Shown here piece by piece: positions 26,307 to 35,300 of a stretch of 64,000 nt of DNA. Source of the stretch: an uncultured Planctomycetales bacterium (GTDB taxonomy: Bacteria > Omnitrophota > Gorgyraeia > Zapsychrales > CAYRXT01); assembly GCA_964428315.1 (NCBI GenBank), contig CAYRXT010000004.1:4382-68381 (forward strand), read 5' to 3'. The stretch's first letter is position 1, and each line of letters begins with the position of its first letter. Under the pieces are notes generated by a model, which was given only the letters and a program-made list of their open reading frames with translations, was not told the DNA's origin and did not search any database. A program made the position numbers and the translations under genes.

Positions 26307-29300
26307 TTAGTTTGAAAGCATTGAGAGGCTTTTTTTCTTCCTCTTGCCGTCGTCAAGTCCGAGAATAAAATTCACGTGGTTGGGGATGAGGTGGAACTGG
26401 AGGATATCGTATTCGAATCCGGGGAAGTTCTGTATCTCGGCGTCCGGGACGGGGATGTCTCCCCACCGGATATCGCCCTTGCCGTCGGAACGCAGCTTTA
26501 TTTCCGTCGTTGTCCAGTCGATACCGCCGGAATTCCCCCTGTCCGCCGGGGGCATTATCGGACTGCCGGATGAGACGGCAACGTGTTCTTGATCCTTTTC
26601 GGGGATCCCCTCCCTCGTTGCCTTTATATCAGCATTGTTTCTCCTTTCCCGCAGATTATAGACGCCCGGTGGTTCGCCAACAACGGATAGTACACCGTTA
26701 GAGGAGCCAGGTCCCGGGGCCTTTAAAGGTCGTGAAATTCCGCCGTGCCCGCTTGAGCCTGATATGCCATTGCTCCTATCCCTCCGGTTTGTTTTCCATT
26801 CCTGGAAAAAGGCATACACCTCCATCGTCAGGACTCCGAACAGCCCAAGGACGGGGAAGAAAAACGCACCCATGTAGAAGAGAGAGATGCCCCATTCCGG
26901 CATATCTCCGGAATAAATGTTACTTAAAAACTTGGCCCGCTTGAAATTGAACTTTTCAAAGAATCCTTTCATGCCGCGACAGGCCATTTTCGAAAACAAA
27001 CCGACCCCGGACGCTATGAGGCGCTGCAGTATGTTCAACCGGCCGTTATCTGCATTTCGCAGTATCTTGACCAACCGGTCATAATAAAAAAATTCGGCCG
27101 ACAGTTTCATTTTCGCGTTAAACGGCTCCAGAAAATGCTTTAGCAATAAATACAAAACACCGACGACCAGAAAAGACGACTGGCCGAAGACAATGGGGAT
27201 TTTCAGCAAGGGGACGAGGGCGACCGCCAGGGAATCGATCCCAACTGACGGCATACCCGTCCATAACGCCATGGCATTATAAAGTGAAAGCGCAAGCGTC
27301 AGACCGACAAGAACCGCGGATATCGATATGCTCCACATCCTCATATTGTTTAAGAAATGATACCCTCCGACGCCGCTGTAATTTGGCGGGAACATATATG
27401 TCATGAACAACTCTTTGGCCCTGCGTCTGAGGCGCCTGCGTTCCGAACTCAGATCTCTTTCCAACGCCGCCTCATCCAGGCTTTCCCCGAACAACGAGGC
27501 CTTCTTATTCTTCAATACCCTCAATTTCTGGATATATTTGTTTATGGCCTTGTATGTATTCAGTTGAAATTCATCGCTGTTGACCTTGATTCCCGAAAGC
27601 CGCCGGTTTAACTTCGCCCAGGGAAAACCCCATTTCATCCCAAATTTATCCGTATCCGGGTAATACCGGCTCTTATAGGAATCGACATTTGAAAAATTCC
27701 CTAAAGCTCCTTTGGCTTCGTTCAATGTCTCGACAAGCGTCAGCAGATATTCGAAACGCGCATGATAGTCATTCTCTTCAGATTTAATGGCCTCTCCTGC
27801 TTTTTCGTAAAGAAACCGACTGAGTTCGGAAGCCATCTTTCTCAATCTGGCGTAGTAGGTATCAAAATCCTTAAATTTCTCGAAGTCCAAAGGATAATTG
27901 TCCATGAAGACTTCAAGACCGGCTATTAAATCATCAAGCTCGGAGATCTGCGGGAGATCTTTTTCCATGAGGATCTTATATCCCCTGTTGAGGACCCCTT
28001 GGAAATCGTCCACTTTGACTGGAAGTTGCAGTTCCCGGTATCTTTTTTCCTGATTGCTATCCCGGAAACGGATTGTGGCCTTACCGTTTCCTTCAGCATC
28101 CCCCAGGGCGTCCTCAACCCTGATGCGGATCTTCGATTCCGGACTAATATCCAACGATATTTTTTCCGGGGGAATACTCCTGCCCCCGACCTTCAAGATT
28201 ACGTCCTCGGTTTCAAGCAGTCTGGCAATCCGCTCGCGAGTCTTTTTGCGAAAACGGTATGTCCCGATAAATCCTTCATTGACAAAGACGATTTCCAGCC
28301 CGCCGTTCATTCGCCGCACCTCCACGCCGGAATATTCTTCTCCTTTCAAAAGGAAAAGGGAAACCGGATTGAACCGGGATGTATTAATGCCCAGTTTTTC
28401 GTTCAAAGTCTTCAAGAATTCGTCTTCGGGTTTGCCTCCGTTCCGGCTGAAGAGGACAGGGTCTCCCTCGGTCCCGTCTCCTTCACTCACCTCCGCACTG
28501 TCTTTCCAGCGACGGTATTCCACGTTGATCTTCCTGTTGATCCACAGCGGCCCAATCAGAGCCCGGAAGGTCATAACCGTTAACAACTGACCGGCCGCTA
28601 GCAAAGCCGCCGGCGGCAATCCAAAAACAAAGAAGAGAAATGCTAACCCGGCGCCCATAGCCGCCATATTGTTAAAAAAGCGAAACAGGCGTTTGTGCTT
28701 GCTCGAAAGAGCGCGTCCGCTTAGATCCAAGGGGGGTTCCTCGATATATTTACGAAAAAGATAATACTCTTTCTCCAACCTGTCTCGTTTCAAAGCACGC
28801 ACAGGCCGCCGACGTCCAAGGATACGGGTCTCCAGGGTGTCTACACGTTCGCTCTGCCGGTAAAACCGGGGAAGAGACCGATGCTTCAAACGCCAGAAAT
28901 ATCTCTTCAACCAGAAATCCGATCCTGAAAGAAGGCGTTTCATTTTATCGATCGGAACGACCCAGCGATCCAGGAATTTCAGTGAAATCTTCAACTTGTC
29001 TTTCTCAGGTAAAAAGTCATGCCGGTAGCCGTATATGCTGGCAACAAGCGAGGCCAGGTGCCGCACCTCATTGCTGAGATCCTTTCTTTCCTTGAAATAA
29101 TGCAAATACTCATCCAGCTTAGCCAGGCACTCGTCACATTGCTGAAGGATCTCCGGTTTCCTGTACCCGGCGGCCGCCGCGCTCTCTCCCGTCAACGATG
29201 TCAGCTCTTCCCGCAAGCCTTTAAGACTTTCCTCATTTCCCCGTCTGTCGTTCTGCCCGGACGATAAGGCTTTCTTATAATTCTTCAGCACCGCCGTCTT

Positions 29301-32300
29301 CTCTTCTAAATGAATGATCGTGCGCCGGGCCAGGTCTCTCAGAATATAAGACTCATGGGCATTGGAGGAAAAGTTTTTGAGTTGAAAAGACATGCCGGGA
29401 TCATCTCGATAGGCGGCGGAGCGGCGCACGATATTTCTGAGTTCTGCCAGAGAGAGAACTTGTCCCCGAAGCCGTTCTTCCCAATAGTCCGATAATTCAT
29501 AAAAACGATTGCGCTTCAGTAAGATATCGAATTTCTGTCTTCCAGCATTTTCGGCCCGGAAAAAAAGATGCATGTATTCCGATCCGCCCATTTCTTTGAA
29601 ACCCTGAAATTTAAATATGATGTTGTTGGAATGGACCTCGAGGCCCCGGAACTGTAACGGAACCGACTTTCCGTTCTTGCGAACAATCCCGATGACGCCC
29701 TGTTCAAAGAGCTCCAGGATATGCCGTTCCATTTCTTTCAAATCGACAAATTTGTTTTTTCTCAAACCCGAATTGGTCAAAAGAATGAGCTTGATTTTAT
29801 TTCCGATGTAATTGGCCTTGATGCCAGTCAACCTGAATTGTTTTTGAACAAGGGGTTTGGAGGGCTGAACGTCGAATGTATTCTTCTTATCCTTCCTCAG
29901 ACTCCCGGATAACCGCCGGAGGAAGACCTCTTCTGCAGTAATGACCTTTTTGCGTGACCTCAGGTTTTTTGAAAGACTACCCGCCAGGCAAATGACCGAG
30001 ATAAACTCGATGATGGGAACGCCAAACTTTGACCACCATCTTCCGAGAGGCGTTTGGATTTTAGGGATATTGGCAATGGCCGGATTCTTGTTGTCTTCGC
30101 CGGTATTGTCTTTCCGCACAGCGGCGGCTCCTGTCTGTAAGTTCCCCGAATGTTCTGTGTTTTGATCTATCGCATCTATCCTTAAGACCCCGAATATCCG
30201 TTTTATCTTTTGCCAAATGCTTGTGACGGAAGAGCCTTCCTTCGTCCCCCCGTTTTCCAAGGCGGCTGTATCCGGGCTGTTCTTCTGATCTTTCAGTACC
30301 GGTAAGCTCTTATCGGACGGCTCTCCCTGCTCTTTTTTTGCTTCCCTGCCTTCCCCGGAAGGGGCCCTGTGCAGTTGGCCCTCTTCCCAAAGGACTTCCA
30401 CGGCGTCGGCAATCGCCGCATCGGAGGTGTCTTTACCGTCAAGGTTCTGATTGCCTCCCTTCCAGGGGATCGGACTGCTGACGATACGTCCGTCCGTAAG
30501 CCGGACATCACCCGTCACCGGGACCTTGTCGTGCAACTGCCGGGCCACGGCGAGGGCCTCGAAGGCAATCCTGGCGGGACGGTCCGGACGGCTCCAGTCC
30601 GTGCGCACCAGCACATCCACCGTATAATTTATATAGTCCTGATCGATGGGGCCGTCCCGGGCCGTCTCCTTCCCTATAAGGACAGCCAGGTAACGGTTCA
30701 GGGTTTTCCTGTCAAAGGGCAGGATCTTCTCTGGCCGGGGTGTTTCCGGTTGCCGGGGCTCATGTTCTTTCCCTGCGGGTTCTCCGGATTTTTCTTTCAC
30801 ATCTTTTCCCGCGGCAGCGTCAGCGGAAACGGTTTCAGCGCGGCGGGCATCTTCCCTCCCGGCGGCCTCATCAGAGACCTCTTTTTCACCGGGCACTTCT
30901 TCATCCACCGCGTCCACCGCCTTTCCCTGTGCTCTTTCGGCCGGATCGCCGGCGGCCAGTTCGACGGGCATCCATGGTTTCATCGCCTCCAGAAGCTGGC
31001 CGCGCTCGTCTTCATCGACCGGCATCCCGTCGATCTCCTCATGGTCCTGAAGGAAGGCGTACATGTCCGTGACGGGGACAAAGCCCGTATTCCCGATGAC
31101 AAAACCCCACTCCTCTTCATACCGGACCATGGGGCCCAGTCGTCCGCGGACGGCGGGATCCCGTTCCAAATGGACGTAATCCTCGGGCGGCCGGTTTTTC
31201 GCCATCTGCCCGTCCAGGTAATCCCTCATAATCTCTTCCAGCATGCCCTCCCCGGCAAGATAACGGGATCCCTGCGAGGCGAGGTACGCCTCCATCTTCC
31301 CCCGCACCTCTTCGAGCCTTCGGCGCTCTCTTTCCAGGTCCTCCATAAGTCTCAGGGTCCGGTCATGCTCGACGGACCGGAGCCGCTCAATCAATACCTC
31401 ATACGCCCTGATCCTTTCGTCAATATCGGCCATAACGCTTCCTTCAACGGTCCTGTGATGTTCATTCTGCCGGTCGGTCTGTTCGGCCAGCACCTTCTCC
31501 CTGGCCTTGTCCTGTTCCTCCCTGTCCCGGGCCTCCCCCATCGCGTCGTCGGGTGGATAACGGAATTCGGCGCGGACACCCGCCGTCTTGTCTTCCGCCA
31601 CGCGGATTCCCAGACGAAGGTTATCATTGACATCGTAATCCATCCCTCCGCTGATAGGTCTTCGGCCGGCGGGGTCATGCCCCTTGTTTTCCTGGTCCAA
31701 CAGATACGGCATACCCCCCTCCGTTATCCCCACCGGCATCTCGAAAACACCGCCCCATCGCCCGCGCCGGTATTCCGCGGCCATCCCGTGTCCCGGCCCT
31801 TCTCCCTGGAACGCGGCGATACGGTATCGCCATAACAGATTGCCCCCGAACAGGTCGGCTCCCACCGGAAAATCCAGGTAGGCGCCGGCCGCGTCCTGAT
31901 AGGGCACGTACACCACGCCCGCCGTCACCGGCACGGCGAATATCCCCCGTCCGCCGCTGCCCATCTGCGCGCTGAGATGCCACACGTTTCCGTCCAAGCG
32001 GTCCCAGTCATCGCCGCGCAGATTCAGGGAAAACCGGAAGGTGTGGCCGATGACCGGCGTCACCGCCCTCAGACTGAATCCGAAATCTTTCCGGGCATTG
32101 TCACCCAGCGCCGTATACCCAATCTCGCCGCCCTCGGAACTGTAACGGCCGACAAGCGAAAATCCCGCGGGGCCCACGTTAAGACCGCTTTCGGTATCCA
32201 CCGTCATCCGTCCCTGTCCGTCATGTCCGGTATAGGCGGCGTCGATACGGACATCCGGCCTGGCCGCGGGGCCTCCCCCGCCCCCCGGATCCAGTCCGCC

Positions 32301-35300
32301 GGCACCGGTCGGGATCTTCACCTTGGTATACATCTCGATCATGTTTTGGGAATCGTGCCCGATGGGTTCCGTGAAGTACCGTCCGCCCCATCCGAAATTC
32401 TCTATCCCGAAAGGATTCTTCAGCTCCACACCGTACTGCCATGCGTATTTCTCCGCCGACATGAACGGCACAATATTTTTGACAAGCGAGGGATCCTCAA
32501 ACTCACGCGTTACCCAGAATTTCCCGGACTTGGCCACATCTCCCATAGGGATGTTCTCTATGGCTCCCGTGTACCGGTTGTCGTTCAAGCGGTCCCCGCC
32601 GATATTGTTCCCGTCCAGCCTCTCCCAGGTAAAACCCACCGTTACCCCGTCCCTGATGAGTTCATACCCCACTTCGATGAGGCCGAAATACACGTTCCCG
32701 TATCCGTCCGTCACCGTCGGAAAATGCGGCCGCAGGATACTGAACTCAACGCTCGTCGACAATCCTCCCGAAAAGGGCGGCGACATGCCGAAATGGAAGC
32801 CCCGGGTTCCATAGCCCTGGTTGATATCCCGCACGACCCCGACGGAATGCGGCCAGGGAATCCAATTTAATGGGGCCTTCCATGTCAGTTGCGCCGAAAG
32901 CGCCCCTTTGTCCGGTTTCGCCTTGATGCCCACTTCGAGGGGCTTTCCCACGAGATCCCCGGCGTCGGCCGTGATTTTCGCCTCTGGGTATTTGTCCTTT
33001 CTCTCAACACCGCCGCCTCCGGCTATCGACCGGCCGCCCTCCGGGATCCAGTGTGACTTTTGTTTGACTTCAGCCTTCTTGATATTAATGTTTGCCATGT
33101 TGAACAAAGAGGGATCGCCTTGTCCCGCCGGCCGGACAACCTCCGCTTGACCGGATTCCGGGGAGGAAGGTTCCGCGATATCACCCTCGTTCCCCGCTGA
33201 TCCCCCGTTGTCTGTCCCGGGAACCGGCAACCCTTTCTTCGGAACGTTGTTTCCCGGCGGACTTCCGTTACCGTTACCGTCGCCGCTGCCGCCGTCCGAA
33301 CCATTACCGCCGCCGGGAACCGCGCCCAAACCGGATCCGGGGAATGAAAGCTCCGCGTCCCCGTCGCCCGGCATGATATCCAAAGGCACCGCCGCGTCCT
33401 GATCCCAGCGCTCCGTGAAATTACCGGTCTTCCACGCAATGTCGTCAAGCGCCTTGCGGAACCATCTCCAAGCGGTCTCATAACGTTCCGGGAACTTCGT
33501 GACCAGGATATTGCCCCCGCCGGGATAAGGGACATTGCTCACGAACTTCCCGTCCACAGGATAGTCGAAGGTCACCATGCCCCTGCCCGCATCCAGTTCG
33601 ACGGCGCCGAAAAGGGCCTCGGCGGCGATTCTCAAATCCTTTATCTCCTCCGTCGTCAACGCGGCGTCGGGATTTTGATAATAGGTTAGCAGGATCCTGG
33701 CCGTATTCCTGATATAGCCATCATTGATGTGTCCGAACTTTTTCAGAGGTTCCAGATACCGGACGATAGACGCCTCATCAAAAGACATATCCTTTTCTAT
33801 CCGGGGCCCGGTCTGCGCGGGAGGGTCGGCGAGAGGCGGATCAACCCTTTCGGGAGAGATTTTTGCCGTCTCTCCGCCGCTGACCTCGGTCTCCAAGGGG
33901 CCGGCCGGATCCCCGGAGCTTGTCGGGAGGATGTCTTCTTCTAAAGAGGTCCCCGTCATGTTTCCCGGTGACCCGGGCTCCAGATAATAATGCTCCGAGA
34001 GATGGACATTGGGCGGCGGGAGCACCGGGAAGAAACCGGCTGCTTGGTATCCATGAACAGCCGTCGGGATAACGTTCAGATGCGGTTCAAGCGGCGAATC
34101 GGAGGGATCCGGCGGCGCCTGTGGGAAAAGGGGCATTTGTGCCGATTCGATAGCGCCGAATATCGTCATCCCGATCATCAGAGCGGCCATATGCGGCAGG
34201 TATTCCCTGGCCTTGCCGCGCATGGAGACGAGGACATTGGGATTGAGCTCAAAACGCGAAGGCGTCAGGTGACGCCGTATAGCGGCATTCCGCATCTTAC
34301 GGCAGAAAACCTCCAGGTCATAAAACGTCACGTGCCTTTTTTCCTGAAGATGAAATTCCCGGTCTCGCAGGGTGAAATAATCCAGGAGTTTCTTCAGGTC
34401 GCTTTTTCTCCTGTCCGCGGAGGAAAAGGCGTGGTGGACCAGCCTCTCGGCCGCCTCGGTCCCAAACTCGTATTGCGCGGCCTCAAAAACCCATGCCTTC
34501 TTTATATTCTGGATGAGGCGGCGGATTTCCAGGACCGCCTCGTGCGCGTCCGTCCTGGGATCCACGAATATCTGCTGTTTGCCGTCGATCTGTTCGATCC
34601 GCACCATTTTGGATCGTTCGTTGTCCGCCACGTCATCGAAACGGGTGACCGTGACATCAAAGCGCCTGTTGAATATCATGTCGCAGGGCGAAGATATCTC
34701 CCGGATCTTCTCTTCAATGAGCTTCCACTCCTGAAAAAGGCCCCTGGCCAGTTCCTTGGCCTCCTGTCTCTGCCGGTCGCGAACGTCCTTTCTCCCGTGA
34801 TAATCGAAATGAAACCTGACGGGAAGGTAAGATGTCCGCAGAAGATAATCAGGCGCATAGGTCTCCAGCGCTCTGCCGATGAAACGGCCAGCCTTGTTCA
34901 GATATTTAATCTTGCGGCCGGACAAGACGACGGCATGCGAATCCGGGCCGTAAACGTACATGCCGCGGTCAACGGAAGTTTGGATGGTCTGCCTGGCCGC
35001 CAGCAGGGCGTCGGCATAGTCATCCTTCCCGTTGGCCAGTAATGCCGCCAGACGTTCGATCTCGCCCAGGGCCTGGCCGATCTGGTCCTCTTTCAATCCG
35101 GGCGTCGTCAGGATATCTGTTATCAGACGGTCCAGCCATCCCATCATCCGCCCGCCCAGGGCATTGATCTGGTCCTTGTTAACGGCCTCCGGCGCGAGGT
35201 CCGAATAAACCAGTTGGTCGATAGCCTCGCCCGTTATATTCCTGTGCGCCGCCTTCAGCCGCCCTCTGGAGCCTTTCAGCAGCCGGGAGATCAAGGGGGA

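Noticed and set aside
30369-31835. 488-aa plus-strand ORF, and similar long ORFs at 33990-35042, 31977-32870, 28054-28590, all antisense to the giant gene
   Set aside because: They lie entirely within and opposite a strongly coding GC-rich frame. Their products are low-complexity, Arg/Pro/Gly-rich and have no start context. They are typical antisense artefacts of high-GC coding DNA.
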